Assembly (NCBI GenBank): GCA_963727825.1
Contig: CAVSHO010000009.1
Span: forward strand, 320,001-384,000
Reading direction: 5' to 3'
Origin: Ignavibacteriota bacterium
Lineage (GTDB): Bacteria > Bacteroidota > Ignavibacteria > UBA10030
Length of the DNA: 64,000 nt
The notes beneath the pieces were generated by a model, which did not search any database, was not told the DNA's origin, and was given only the letters and a program-made list of their open reading frames with translations. Each line of letters starts with the position of its first letter. The first letter of the stretch is position 1. Positions 20,394 through 31,668 of this stretch are shown here, piece by piece. Both the position numbers and the translations under genes were made by a program.

Positions 20394-21839
20394 ATGGATA
20401 AAGAAACTTTTGGCGGAATGAATCCCGAAGAATTTCGCAAGATCGGAAAAGAACTTGTGGATTGGATTGCCGATTATCTGAATAATGCAGAAATATATCC
20501 GGTGTTTTCACAAGTAAAACCAGGCGACATAAAAAAACAATTGCCCGCGGCACCGCCTACATCACCGGAGAAAATGGAAACTATTCTTGCGGACTTCAAT
20601 CGTATCATACTTCCCGGCATCACGCACTGGAATCATCCCGGTTTCCTTGCATATTTTGCCAACAGTGCTTCGGCACCAGGAATTCTAGCGGAGATGCTTG
20701 CCACTGCATTGAATGTCAACGGGATGCTATGGCGAACCTCTCCTTCTGCAACAGAGTTGGAAGAAGTCGTGACCGACTGGCTGAGGCAAATGCTCGGACT
20801 GCCGGCGGAGTTTCACGGCGTAATCATTGATACGGCATCTGTTTCCACACTTGTTGCACTGACGGCGGCGCGTGAAGCAGTGCATAAGCAGGTTCGCGAA
20901 CAAGGTTTATCCGGACGGACAGATCTGCCTCGACTTCGTTTATATTGTTCCGAGCATGGGCATTCTTCTATTGAAAAAGCCGCAATCATACTTGGTATTG
21001 GACAAGAAGGTGTACATAAGATTTCGTCCGATGCAGAATTTAGAATGAATGCGAAAGCACTCGCTGCCGCCATCGAGGAAGATAAGAAAAACGGATGGCT
21101 TCCCTTTGCTGTAGTCGCAACTGTTGGAACAACTTCAACGACCAGTATCGATCCCATACCGGCAATTGCCGATATTTGTCAGAAAGAAAAAATTTGGCTT
21201 CATGTGGATGGCGCTTACGGCGGAGCTGCAGCAATTATGCCGGAGATGCGTAATGTTCTTGACGGCTGCGATCGCGCCGATTCCTTCGTCACAAACCCGC
21301 ACAAGTGGCTCTTCACACCGATGGATTGCAGTGTGCTCTTCACACGACACGTCGGTACTCTGAAGCAAGCATTCAGTCTTGTGCCGGAGTATCTCAAAAC
21401 CACTGATGGTGAAGTAAACAATTACATGGATTGGGGTGTTCAGCTTGGCCGCAGATTCCGCGCACTGAAACTTTGGTTTATTATTCGTTCGTTTGGCGTT
21501 GATGGACTCGCATCGCGGCTTCGTGAACATTGCCGTCTAGCGCAGGAGTTTGCGTCTTGGGTCGATGCAGAAAAAGATTTTGAGCGGCTCGCGCCGGTTC
21601 CGTTCAGTGTCGTTTGTTTCCGTTATCATCCAAGTGGAATTTCAGATGAAACAAAGCTCGAGCAATTCAATTCACAGATTATAGAACAAGTAAATGCAAC
21701 GGGCGAGGCATTTCTTTCCCACACAAAGCTGAATGGCCGTTTCACCATCCGGATTGCTATTGGGAATCTTTCTACCGCCGAAAAGCATATTGCACGAGCG
21801 TGGGAATTGATAAAAATTGAAAGCGCTAAATTGAAATAG
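20394..21839 (+). CDS. Group II PLP-dependent decarboxylase (aromatic L-amino acid decarboxylase-like)
   Basis: PGITHWNHP, HSSIEKA, HVDGAYGG, NPHKW and GRRFRALKLW motifs. Confidence 0.92.
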   Translation: MDKETFGGMNPEEFRKIGKELVDWIADYLNNAEIYPVFSQVKPGDIKKQLPAAPPTSPEKMETILADFNRIILPGITHWNHPGFLAYFANSASAPGILAEMLATALNVNGMLWRTSPSATELEEVVTDWLRQMLGLPAEFHGVIIDTASVSTLVALTAAREAVHKQVREQGLSGRTDLPRLRLYCSEHGHSSIEKAAIILGIGQEGVHKISSDAEFRMNAKALAAAIEEDKKNGWLPFAVVATVGTTSTTSIDPIPAIADICQKEKIWLHVDGAYGGAAAIMPEMRNVLDGCDRADSFVTNPHKWLFTPMDCSVLFTRHVGTLKQAFSLVPEYLKTTDGEVNNYMDWGVQLGRRFRALKLWFIIRSFGVDGLASRLREHCRLAQEFASWVDAEKDFERLAPVPFSVVCFRYHPSGISDETKLEQFNSQIIEQVNATGEAFLSHTKLNGRFTIRIAIGNLSTAEKHIARAWELIKIESAKLK

Positions 21840-21945
21840 GGGGCAATTCAAATCCAATAAGGCATCATAATGGGCTTGCGCTTCAGCAATCCTCTCCATA
21901 GATTACCTTTAAGTCCTTCCATTCTTACTTTAAAAAGGAGTATTT

Positions 21946-23622
21946 ATGAAACCCATTATTCTTTTTCTTCCTATTCTCTTCTCGTTTGCATTGATATCCT
22001 GCTCTATGCATAACGATGAGAAAGATTTTCGTGCTTTTATTGAGCAGCATGTTAAAATCTATGCGCCAAAATTTAAATCGATGAATCTTGCTGATTGGAA
22101 TGCCAACGCAACCGGTGAAAAGAAATTTTACGAAGAGAAAGCTGCGCTCGAGATAGAGATCAGAAAAATCTATTCTAATAAGCAGGAATTCGAACAACTT
22201 AAAAAATGGAAAGAGTCAGGAAATATCAAAGACTCACTTCTTCAACGTCAATTAATCATTCTCTTCAATAATTATCTCACAAATCAAGTAGATACAACAT
22301 TAACACGAAAAATGGTGGAAAAAAGCTCGGCAATTGCAAATAAATTTAACATCTTTCGTCCTGTCCTCGATGGCAAAGAGGTTGATGATAATACCATCGA
22401 GAATATTTTAAAGAATGAGAAGAATTCTGCCAAACGGAAAAAAGCATGGGAAGCAAGCAAAGAAGTTGGTAAAGCTGTTGCCTCTAATGTTATAGAATTA
22501 GTGAAGCTGCGAAATGAAGCCGCGCGTCAGCTGGGTTATAAAAATTATTACGAAATGTCCTTAGCAACAAACGAACAAACGGTTGATGAAATTGTTGCAA
22601 TCTTCGATGAATTAAAAACTTTAACCGATGAGCCGTTCAAAAAACTGAAATCAGAGATTGATGCTGAACTGGCAAAAAAATACGGCATAAAACCATCACA
22701 AATGATGCCTTGGCATTATCAAGATCGGTTTTTCCAGGAAGCGCCGCAAATCGGTTCCATCGATCTTGATAAATATTTCAAGGGAAAGAAAGTTGATGAA
22801 CTTGGGAGGACATTTTATGCCAACATCGGTCTGCCAGTTGACGACATTCTTAAGAACAGCGACATCTTCGGACGCAAAGGAAAATACCAGCATGCATTTG
22901 AGAATGATATGGATCGCGAGGGAGATATCCGCGTTATGCTGAGTATCATCGATAACCTAAATTGGATGAGCACGATGCTGCATGAATTAGGACATGCCGT
23001 CTACAGTAAAAATATCGCAAGAGATCTTCCATTCCTACTTCGTGTCGAAACACATACGTTTGTAACCGAAGCAATTGCAATGTTAATGGAACGGCAGCCA
23101 AGCAATGCCGATTGGCTACAAGCAATGGTTGGAATTCCTGATAAGGAAAAAGAAATGATCAGGAAAACCGGAGAAGAAAATTTACGTATGCATGCATTGA
23201 TTTTTTGCCGATGGACGCAAGTGATGATGAGGTTTGAGAAAGCGATGTATGAAAATCCAGATCAAGACTTGAATAAACTCTGGTGGAATTTAGTCCAGCA
23301 ATATCAAATGATTACGCCGCCTGAAGGGCGCAATGCGCCAGATTGGGCTTCAAAAATTCATTTAGTGCAGTATCCAGCGTATTATCATAATTATGAGCTT
23401 GGCGAATTAACTGCTTCACAATTGCAGCATTATATCGCGAAAAATGTTTTGAAACAAGAAAGTATTAAGGAGGTTTGCTTCGCTAATAAGCCTGAAGTCG
23501 GGACATACTTGAAAGAAAAGGTATTTGCACCTGGCGCCAGCTTGCGATGGGATGCTTTAATAAAAGAAGCAACAGGCGAGCCATTATCAGCTAAGGCCTT
23601 TGCAGATGAATATATGAAGTGA
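21946..23622 (+). CDS. M2/M3-family gluzincin metallopeptidase (peptidyl-dipeptidase-like), lipoprotein
   Basis: Lipobox LISC, HELGH, downstream EAIA, and H...YYHNY motifs. Confidence 0.85.
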   Translation: MKPIILFLPILFSFALISCSMHNDEKDFRAFIEQHVKIYAPKFKSMNLADWNANATGEKKFYEEKAALEIEIRKIYSNKQEFEQLKKWKESGNIKDSLLQRQLIILFNNYLTNQVDTTLTRKMVEKSSAIANKFNIFRPVLDGKEVDDNTIENILKNEKNSAKRKKAWEASKEVGKAVASNVIELVKLRNEAARQLGYKNYYEMSLATNEQTVDEIVAIFDELKTLTDEPFKKLKSEIDAELAKKYGIKPSQMMPWHYQDRFFQEAPQIGSIDLDKYFKGKKVDELGRTFYANIGLPVDDILKNSDIFGRKGKYQHAFENDMDREGDIRVMLSIIDNLNWMSTMLHELGHAVYSKNIARDLPFLLRVETHTFVTEAIAMLMERQPSNADWLQAMVGIPDKEKEMIRKTGEENLRMHALIFCRWTQVMMRFEKAMYENPDQDLNKLWWNLVQQYQMITPPEGRNAPDWASKIHLVQYPAYYHNYELGELTASQLQHYIAKNVLKQESIKEVCFANKPEVGTYLKEKVFAPGASLRWDALIKEATGEPLSAKAFADEYMK

Positions 23623-23636
23623 ATATTCATTAAAAC

Positions 23637-23668
23637 GATCAGACGAGATCACGCGATCTCGTCTGATC
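23637..23668. repeat. Perfect 14-bp hairpin GATCAGACGAGATC-ACGC-GATCTCGTCTGATC (REP-like)
   Basis: Read directly; intergenic, with no U-tract. Confidence 0.65.
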
Positions 23669-23725
23669 AACTTAATATATAGTGTTTCAGATAACCAATG
23701 TTTAATCATCTATAAGGAGACTACC

Positions 23726-24592
23726 ATGGAAGGGTTGTATATTATTGTCGGCATCGTTATTGTCCTTTTTTTCTTTTTTGGAATAAGAATTATTCGTCCG
23801 ACGCATCGCGGATTGGTAGAACGACTCGGAAAATATAGTCACTTTGCTCACCCCGGATTTAACTGGATCATTCCCGGCATTGACAAGATGTATCAAGTTA
23901 ATATTACAGAACAAATGGTCGACGCCGAGCCGCAGGAAATAATTACCAACGATAATCTGAACGCTGTTGTAGATGCACAAGTATATTTTAAAGTGAAAGA
24001 CGATGAACAAAGCGTCAAGAATTCACAGTACAATGTAAATAATGTCAATTTCCAGATTGTGAATCTTGCACGCACCACACTCCGCAACATTATCGGCACG
24101 CTGACATTAAAATCAGCCAATAGTGAGCGCGGCCGTATCAACGATGAACTTCATAAGATTCTGATTAAGGAGACAACGAATTGGGGTATTGACATTGTTC
24201 GTGCCGAGTTGAAACAGATCGATCCTCCCAAAGACGTTCAGGAGACAATGAACAAGATCGTCAAGGCGGAAAATGAAAAACTTGCAGCAGTCGATTTTGC
24301 CACCGCTGCAGAAACTGCCGCAGACGGTAAGAAGCGCGCCGCTATAAAAGAAGCGGAAGGAATTCGTCAGGCAAGGATTCTTGCGTCTGAGGGAGAAGCT
24401 GAAGCTATACGGTTGGTCAATGAAGCCGCAGAAAAATATTTTGTCGGAAATGCACAATTACTAAAAAGGCTTGAGACAGTTCAAGTTTCACTGCAGAACA
24501 ATGCAAAAATTGTTGTACCGGCAAACACCGAACTGGTTAATGTTATCGGTGAAATGGCTGGCGGTATTTTACCGCTGAAGAAAGAAAAGTAG
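23726..24592 (+). CDS. SPFH/band 7 (stomatin-like) protein
   Basis: N-terminal TM, VERLGKY, QEIITND, TTLRNIIG, and Ala/Glu-rich coiled coil. Confidence 0.92.
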   Translation: MEGLYIIVGIVIVLFFFFGIRIIRPTHRGLVERLGKYSHFAHPGFNWIIPGIDKMYQVNITEQMVDAEPQEIITNDNLNAVVDAQVYFKVKDDEQSVKNSQYNVNNVNFQIVNLARTTLRNIIGTLTLKSANSERGRINDELHKILIKETTNWGIDIVRAELKQIDPPKDVQETMNKIVKAENEKLAAVDFATAAETAADGKKRAAIKEAEGIRQARILASEGEAEAIRLVNEAAEKYFVGNAQLLKRLETVQVSLQNNAKIVVPANTELVNVIGEMAGGILPLKKEK

Positions 24593-24652
24593 TAAGTATT
24601 GACATGCGAGGCACAATCCAAAGTGCCTCGCACTATTAATTTTGAGAAAAAT

Positions 24653-25123
24653 ATGGATATCACAATACGCAGCGTACAATTCCAGGATGCTGAAGATATA
24701 ACCAGTATTATCCGAGATGTCGGCTGGTTCGAACATTTGAAATCTGAATCCGCTCAAACAACGGTAGAGCGTGTCCGTCAGCATATTTCACTCTGTCTCG
24801 CGGATGACAGTCATTCTACTTTCGTCGCGGAAAATGAAAAACATAAAGTCATCGGATATTCCTCCGTGCATTATCTTCCCTATTTTTTTCTACCCGGACC
24901 GGAGGGATATATTTCTGAACTTTTTATTTCTACAGAAGCTCGCGGACAAGGTATTGGCACAGCATTGCTGGAACAAATTATTGCAGAAGCACGAAGACGC
25001 GGCTGCGCACGCCTATCGCTCATTAATAGCCGCACTCGTGAATCATACCGGCGCAAGTTCTACGAACAGCACGGCTGGAACGAACGCACTGAAATAGCGG
25101 CATTTGTTTTACCGTTGATTTAA
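24653..25123 (+). CDS. GNAT family N-acetyltransferase
   Basis: ARGQGIGTALL motif A and FYE..GW. Confidence 0.85.
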   Translation: MDITIRSVQFQDAEDITSIIRDVGWFEHLKSESAQTTVERVRQHISLCLADDSHSTFVAENEKHKVIGYSSVHYLPYFFLPGPEGYISELFISTEARGQGIGTALLEQIIAEARRRGCARLSLINSRTRESYRRKFYEQHGWNERTEIAAFVLPLI

Positions 25124-25243
25124 AGCACTATCACATCTTCAATTTAATTGTGCATTGCGCTTCAAGCTACAAATTGTTAGCTTATTTCTATCTGAATTGC
25201 ATTTGTATTTAAATTAGAAAAACTGTGCAGGTTATTTAAGACG

Positions 25244-25897
25244 ATGCCGAATACCATACTTATTATAGATGATAATGTTGAATTCGTCTCTTTGTTACAG
25301 ATGCAATTAAAAATGGATGGATATATTGTAACTTCCGCACTGGATCCGATCAAAGGCTGGAAAGAAATGGAACGATGCCTACCAGATATTATTCTTGTTG
25401 ATTGGGAGATGCCGGAAATGAGCGGCATAGAATTAATAAAGCTCATTAAAGCTGATGCCATCCACCGCAGTCGCTATGTCATAATGATTACTGGCCATTT
25501 TGGAACGAAGGACATCGTGCTTGGATTAGATGCAGGTGCAGATGATTATCTTCATAAACCTTTTGAGACCGACGAATTGTTGGCAAGGATTCGTTCGGGA
25601 TTGCGTATCCGCTCGTTAGAGGAGCGCATTTCGGAAGAGACAAAACGATTAACTGCACTGGAAATGGCGCTCTCTGCTACAGATAAAATTGGCAATCCAA
25701 TTGCTGCCGCAAAAATCTATCAACAATTATTGATGAAAAATAAGGGTATTGCCAACCTTGCGGAAGTTTTAGATTCACTTAAAACGATTGGCAATCTTTT
25801 AGATGAAGCTCTTAATCTTATCAATAAGCTTCGTCCTTTAGATTCACTGAAATCGATTCCGGTATCGGATAGCACAACAACGATCACCCCGGAATAA
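25244..25897 (+). CDS. Response regulator with C-terminal degenerate HisKA-like helix pair
   Basis: REC domain (IIDD, DWEMP, DDYLHKPF) followed by LSATDKIGNP. Confidence 0.8.
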   Translation: MPNTILIIDDNVEFVSLLQMQLKMDGYIVTSALDPIKGWKEMERCLPDIILVDWEMPEMSGIELIKLIKADAIHRSRYVIMITGHFGTKDIVLGLDAGADDYLHKPFETDELLARIRSGLRIRSLEERISEETKRLTALEMALSATDKIGNPIAAAKIYQQLLMKNKGIANLAEVLDSLKTIGNLLDEALNLINKLRPLDSLKSIPVSDSTTTITPE

Positions 25898-25972
25898 CAA
25901 TATTATAACTTCAAAGAATAAAAAGATCAAACCGATAGAACAACATAAACACTGATTTCTGTTGGAGTATCT

Positions 25973-26998
25973 ATGTCAATTAAGACTATCCTTATAACCG
26001 GTGCTAACGGTGAAATCGGTCACGGACTGATTGAACAACTATCTGAGCTGGACGGAGTGCATATTGTTGCAATGGATATTGTTCCCTTAGATGAATCAGT
26101 GCGATCACGTTGTCATCGGATTGTTACAGGAGATATATTAGATTCACATTTACTCGAAACACTTTCAACTGAACATAACTTCGATACCATTTATCACCTC
26201 GCTGCATTGCTTTCTACACGAGCCGAACGCCAGCCAAATTTGGCGCATCGTGTGAATGTCGACGGTTCGCTGAATCTTCTGGAAATTGCCGTCACACAAT
26301 CGCATTTGCAAGGACGCGAAATTAAATTTATCTATCCGAGTTCTATCGCCGTTTATGGCCTTCCCGATATCACAACGAAACAGCGTGCCGGCAAAGTCAA
26401 AGAAGATCAATGGCTGACACCAAGAACCATGTACGGCATTAACAAACTATACACCGAACAGCTTGGCAGATACTATGCAAATTTCTATCGCCAATTAGAT
26501 GCAGAGCCTCCAAAAGGACAGGTTGACTTTCGTAGTGTCCGCTTCCCGGGATTAATCAGCGCTGCAACTCTGCCTACAGGAGGAACAAGTGACTATGCCC
26601 CCGAGATGCTACATATGGTGGCAAAGAATAAACCTTACACTTGTTTCGTTCGTGAGAATACACGCATAGCGTTTATGGCAATGCCGGATGCTATAACCGC
26701 ATTGCTGAAACTTCAATCTACTCCGCGCGAAAAACTGACAAGGATGATCTATAACGTAGGCGCTTTCAATCCGTCTGCTTTGGAGATATTCCAAATAATT
26801 CAGAAGGCATTTCCGAAAGCGGACGTTACATTTGCATCTGATTATAGGCGTCAGGCAATAATAGACAGTTGGCCTGCAGACGTGGATGATTCTGCAGCAC
26901 GCACTGATTGGGGCTGGCAGCCGAAGTACGATATGGAACTAGCATTTGCAGAATATTTAATTCCCGCGGTACAGAAGCGATATGCTATTAACGGATAA
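25973..26998 (+). CDS. NAD-dependent epimerase/SDR, L-threonine 3-dehydrogenase-like
   Basis: GANGEIG, YHLAALLS, MYGINK, PTGGTSDYA and RQAIIDSWP motifs. Confidence 0.85.
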   Translation: MSIKTILITGANGEIGHGLIEQLSELDGVHIVAMDIVPLDESVRSRCHRIVTGDILDSHLLETLSTEHNFDTIYHLAALLSTRAERQPNLAHRVNVDGSLNLLEIAVTQSHLQGREIKFIYPSSIAVYGLPDITTKQRAGKVKEDQWLTPRTMYGINKLYTEQLGRYYANFYRQLDAEPPKGQVDFRSVRFPGLISAATLPTGGTSDYAPEMLHMVAKNKPYTCFVRENTRIAFMAMPDAITALLKLQSTPREKLTRMIYNVGAFNPSALEIFQIIQKAFPKADVTFASDYRRQAIIDSWPADVDDSAARTDWGWQPKYDMELAFAEYLIPAVQKRYAING

Positions 26999-27132
26999 CC
27001 ACCCTTCCTTCTAAAAACCAAGAACAGATTATAAATCCTTTTATTCTATCTGGAATTATTGCTAAAAATTGATTTAATTAGATACAGTGTTAACAATATT
27101 CACTAAGATAAAAAAATAGAGAATTCAATATC

Positions 27133-28779
27133 ATGGCAATAAGTTCTTTACAGACAGTCAGAGCTGACTACAAACCAAAATTACCAGCAACTTTAACTGG
27201 CAATATGTTAGTTAAAGAAGGTACTGCAACTCAGTCTATTGCACATCAAAAAGAAATTCAAGAAATGTTTCCAAATACTTATGGGTTACCGATATTAAAA
27301 ATTGAGATCGGTTCAAAACCTTTGGAATCACCCGAAATAAAAGTTGGAGTTATTCTTTCCGGAGGCCAGGCTCCTGGAGGGCACAATGTAATCGCTGGGC
27401 TCTTTGACGGATTAAAAGCTATGAATAAAAATAGCCAATTATTCGGTTTCTTGGGCGGCCCATCAGGATTAGTAGATGGTAAATATATTGAATTGACTGG
27501 GCAATTGATTGATGAATACAGAAATACCGGAGGATTTGATATTATTGGAAGCGGCAGAACAAAATTAGAAGAAAAATCTCAATTTGATAAAGGTTTAGAG
27601 AATTGCAAAAAACTTGGAATAAATGCTATTGTCATCATCGGCGGAGATGATTCCAACACCAACGCCTGCGTTTTGGCCGAGTATTACAAATCAATCAATG
27701 CCGGTGTTCAAGTAATAGGCTGTCCAAAAACTATTGATGGCGATTTAAAAAATGAAATGATAGAAGCATCTTTTGGTTTTGATACAGCCTGCAAAATGTA
27801 TAGTGAACTTATTGGCAATCTTGAACGCGATGCTATGTCTGCAAAAAAATATTGGCATTTCATCAAGTTAATGGGGCGTTCTGCTTCACATATAACGCTG
27901 GAATGTACGCTTCAAACTCATCCAAACTATGCAATCATTTCTGAAGAAGTTCAAGAGAAGAGACTGACAATGGATCAGATTGTTGAAGATATTGCCAGAG
28001 TTATAAAAACACGTTCTGATAATAACGAAGACTTTGGAGTTTGCCTGATACCGGAAGGTTTGATAGAATTTGTGCCGGAGGTTAAAAAACTAATCGCTGA
28101 AATCAACGATTTGCTTGCCGAGAAAGCTACAGCTTTCAATGCGTTGGAAACTGATGACGAAAAATTCCAATTCGTTAACAGTCACATAAGCGCTGATTCA
28201 ACAAAAGCATTTAATTCATTGCCGAAAGATATACAGGTTCAGCTATTAATGGATCGCGATCCGCATGGAAATGTAATGGTTTCACGTATTGAGACTGAAA
28301 AATTATTGATTGAGATGGTAGAGGAAAAACTTAAGGAATGGAAGGCTGAGGGTAAATTCAAAGGAAAATTTACTGCACTGGCAAATTTCTTTGGTTACGA
28401 AGGCCGCTGTGCGGCACCATCTAATTTTGATGCCAATTATACTTATTCGTTGGGTTATGTCGCTGCCATTATTATTGAATCAGGAAGAACCGGTTATATG
28501 GCGTCGGTGCGAAATCTTACAGCTCCAGCTGACAGATGGATCGCGGGAGGTGTGCCAATTACTATGTTGATGAACTTGGAAAAAAGGCACGGTTATATGA
28601 AACCAGTTATTCAAAAAGCATTAGTGAAATTGGATGGCAGACCATTTAAGGAATTTACTAAAAACAGAGCTGAGTGGTCTATTAAGACTTCCTATGTTTT
28701 TCCGGGACCAATACAATACTTTGGACCAAGTGAAGTATGCGATGCAACAACAAAAACTTTGCAATTGGAAAAAGGTTAA
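27133..28779 (+). CDS. pfp: Pyrophosphate-dependent phosphofructokinase
   Basis: SGGQAPGGHN, GGDDSNT, PKTIDGD, KLMGRSASH and FGYEGR motifs. Confidence 0.95.
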   Translation: MAISSLQTVRADYKPKLPATLTGNMLVKEGTATQSIAHQKEIQEMFPNTYGLPILKIEIGSKPLESPEIKVGVILSGGQAPGGHNVIAGLFDGLKAMNKNSQLFGFLGGPSGLVDGKYIELTGQLIDEYRNTGGFDIIGSGRTKLEEKSQFDKGLENCKKLGINAIVIIGGDDSNTNACVLAEYYKSINAGVQVIGCPKTIDGDLKNEMIEASFGFDTACKMYSELIGNLERDAMSAKKYWHFIKLMGRSASHITLECTLQTHPNYAIISEEVQEKRLTMDQIVEDIARVIKTRSDNNEDFGVCLIPEGLIEFVPEVKKLIAEINDLLAEKATAFNALETDDEKFQFVNSHISADSTKAFNSLPKDIQVQLLMDRDPHGNVMVSRIETEKLLIEMVEEKLKEWKAEGKFKGKFTALANFFGYEGRCAAPSNFDANYTYSLGYVAAIIIESGRTGYMASVRNLTAPADRWIAGGVPITMLMNLEKRHGYMKPVIQKALVKLDGRPFKEFTKNRAEWSIKTSYVFPGPIQYFGPSEVCDATTKTLQLEKG

Positions 28780-28907
28780 GAAGTTACACACTCGCCCCCA
28801 TAAAGCGACCTCTTTATACTAATTCGATTTTTTAGTGATCGGCACTTTATTTTGAGTTCACCCAGAATAGTGACAATCACTTTTTAAATTTACAAAAAGG
28901 AAACATC

Positions 28908-29531
28908 GTGCAAGATGAAAAATATTTAGAAGAATATGTTTTGGTCTTTCCAACTCAATTGCTGGATCAAATTGGTAAGTTTCAGGGAGTATCGTTTGAG
29001 TTGGATAAATACTTAGACATCATTCTTAATCCTAAAAATCATACCTTCCTTAAAAGAAAAGATGCAGAAACTAATCCTGCCTACAAACAGTTGATTCCAT
29101 ACGCTCTTTTACAATTCAAAGACACATTTTTTGTATATCGCCGTGGAAAACTATTAGCAGAAAAAAGACTTTTTGGTAATTATTCGTTAGGTATAGGCGG
29201 ACACATTTCTGTCACTGACCCCGGTTTGTTCAGTACAACTTATGAAGACGGCCTTAAGCGTGAAATAAACGAAGAGGTCCTTATTGAATCCCATTACACG
29301 CAGCGAGTTGTTGCTTTGCTCAACGACGACTCCAACGATGTCGGGAAGGTTCACTTCGGCATCGTCCATGTTCTTTCGCTGGAAAAGCCGTTGGTCAAAC
29401 CACGAGAAAAATCAATTAATGAAACAAAATTTCTCAATATCAATACGCTTAAAAAAGATATTGAGACATTTGAAAACTGGTCAAAGATTTGTATTGAGAA
29501 TATGCAGCACATGATTGACCATGAAGAATAG
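28908..29531 (+). CDS. Predicted NUDIX-family phosphoesterase (COG4112-like)
   Basis: AETNPAYKQLIPY, SLGIGGH, REINEE and VGKVHFG motifs. Confidence 0.82.
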   Translation: MQDEKYLEEYVLVFPTQLLDQIGKFQGVSFELDKYLDIILNPKNHTFLKRKDAETNPAYKQLIPYALLQFKDTFFVYRRGKLLAEKRLFGNYSLGIGGHISVTDPGLFSTTYEDGLKREINEEVLIESHYTQRVVALLNDDSNDVGKVHFGIVHVLSLEKPLVKPREKSINETKFLNINTLKKDIETFENWSKICIENMQHMIDHEE

Positions 29532-29593
29532 AAAATCGGTAGAATTCCATGGTTAGTAAGTTCGAGTAAAATTCGTAGGATAAGTTTCTTTAT

Positions 29594-30421
29594 TTATTCC
29601 GGTGGATTCCAGCCTTTGCGGTTCCATTGTTTTAATTCGATTTTTACACTGCCGAGAATAACTTTCATTTCAGCGGTAATCGGAATTGCCGCAGTATCAT
29701 TGCTAAACCATCCTTTGAAATCACCTGTAAGACCCAATATACCTTCAAGTTTCATTTTGCCAGATAACTCCACAACATGAATAGGTTTTTTCCATGCTTT
29801 GATATTCACTTTCGAATGAGGACGGAGAGGATAGAACAGTGTTTCACCCAATTTTTCATTTGAGACAGTCGGATATGAAATCGAATCCTGGACGTGCGAT
29901 AGATCCCGTCCTAAGAAAACAAGCGATATCCCATCTTGAATTGGAATTCTTGTAATATAAAGGGTATCACGAACAGCAGAATATTGAGGCGGAGAATTTA
30001 AAGTTTCCTGAGTTTCTTCTTCGACTATGATCTTTTTTTCTAAAAATTGATACCAATATTGTACCTTTTGCCATCCTCCATCCTGCTTCTCATAAGAACA
30101 GGAATTAATTGAATTAAAAGAAGAATCCATTTCGGTATAAGCGACCAAATGAACATTCACAAATGGCAAGCCCGAACGAGAGTCGATATATGCCACAGCT
30201 TTATGCTTTCCTGCTTTTGACACCTCAGGCACAGATAGTGTCTGTAAGTTAATTGTTCCTATACTGATTCCAGACCAACTGACATCATACAATAATTCTT
30301 CACCCTCTGAATAGAAGGATGTATTTACTCGCTGTGGATGATCACCAGAAGCTGTCATTGACATTACCAGTATGGCTATTGGTAGTGCAAGGACAAATAA
30401 TATAGTAGACGATTTTATCAC
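29594..30421 (-). CDS. DUF3108-domain exported protein
   Basis: Signal peptide, GEELLYDVSW, and WFSND..AIP..AEMKVILGSV..EL motifs. Confidence 0.7.
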   Translation of the reverse strand: MIKSSTILFVLALPIAILVMSMTASGDHPQRVNTSFYSEGEELLYDVSWSGISIGTINLQTLSVPEVSKAGKHKAVAYIDSRSGLPFVNVHLVAYTEMDSSFNSINSCSYEKQDGGWQKVQYWYQFLEKKIIVEEETQETLNSPPQYSAVRDTLYITRIPIQDGISLVFLGRDLSHVQDSISYPTVSNEKLGETLFYPLRPHSKVNIKAWKKPIHVVELSGKMKLEGILGLTGDFKGWFSNDTAAIPITAEMKVILGSVKIELKQWNRKGWNPPE

Positions 30422-30436
30422 TACTGCAAGTTCTAA

Positions 30437-31552
30437 TTAAATAAAAGACTTCTTATCTACATACCGTGCAATTGCCGGCGAGGATGTTAATCCCGGCGAT
30501 TCAATTCCAATCAAATTTACAAATCCTGACAGACCACGAGCCGTTTCGTGAACTATGACAAAGTCACGCGCCGGTTTCCCTTTCTTCTGGAGTTTTGGAC
30601 GAATACCGCTCATGTCCGGCGTGATATCTTCATCATTGATCGCCGGCAAAATCCGTCGTATGGATTCTGCAAACGCATGCCGCTTACTCTCCGCCACGCT
30701 ATAATCGAGCTTGCGATCCTCAAGATATTCTAAATCAGGACCGAACTTCAACCTTCCTCCCAAATCCATTAGTGCATGTATGCCAAGTTCTTCATTGGAC
30801 GGCATTGGATAGACTAACCGCGATATGAGCTTCGCTTTAGATTGTGTGATTGAAAAGTACGAGCCTTTTGCATAACTCAACCGCAAATCTTCTTTATCGA
30901 TATCAATGCCTATCATCTGAGCGATGAGATCAGAACCAAGTCCAGCCGCATTGATGACAATCTCACTTGTAATGCTCGATCTGTTTCCAGCTTCATTAAA
31001 AACAATTTCATATTCACCATGAATCTGACGAATTCCAGTAACTTGACACCGAGGCTGAACTATCCCGCCATTTGATTGCGTTGTATGGAAAAAGTAGTCC
31101 ATCAGATCATGAACGCTGATAATGCCGGTGAGCGGCGAGAATAGTGCGCCTTCCGTTTGAATGTTCGGCTCTAATTTCAGCGCTGCTGTTTTATCCAGAA
31201 CATGCAGTTCTACTCCATTCTCTGCTGCATTCTGTCGAATATTATCGAATTCTTCTAATTCCGCTTTCGTCGTTGCAGTGATTAGTTTTGTCAACGGTTT
31301 ATATCCAATGCCATGCGCTTTGCAGAGAGAATATAATTCATCCCTTCCCTCAACACATAAAAGAGCCTTCAACGAACCGGGTTCATAATATAAACCTGCA
31401 TGAATCACCTCGCTATTTCGACTCGATGTCTCCATTCCATACTTTTCATTCTTTTCGAGAAGAACAAGATAGTGATGGTGTTGAGAAAGGCGTGCTGCAA
31501 TTGCAAGTCCAACCACGCCAGCACCGATTACTGCAACTTCAAAATCTGCCAT
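30437..31552 (-). CDS. FAD-dependent oxidoreductase, L-2-hydroxyglutarate oxidase (LhgO) family
   Basis: GAGVVG, TSSRNSEVIHAG, INAAGL and GIESPGLTS motifs. Confidence 0.88.
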   Translation of the reverse strand: MADFEVAVIGAGVVGLAIAARLSQHHHYLVLLEKNEKYGMETSSRNSEVIHAGLYYEPGSLKALLCVEGRDELYSLCKAHGIGYKPLTKLITATTKAELEEFDNIRQNAAENGVELHVLDKTAALKLEPNIQTEGALFSPLTGIISVHDLMDYFFHTTQSNGGIVQPRCQVTGIRQIHGEYEIVFNEAGNRSSITSEIVINAAGLGSDLIAQMIGIDIDKEDLRLSYAKGSYFSITQSKAKLISRLVYPMPSNEELGIHALMDLGGRLKFGPDLEYLEDRKLDYSVAESKRHAFAESIRRILPAINDEDITPDMSGIRPKLQKKGKPARDFVIVHETARGLSGFVNLIGIESPGLTSSPAIARYVDKKSFI

Positions 31553-31668
31553 TTTTTTCTCAGGCTAATACAATATTCATTTCAAACGTTATCAAAATAC
31601 TAAATCGTTGTTCAAAGGGCACTCAAAATCTTGATTGACTGCTTTTTGCTCCGTATGTTTAGAATACT

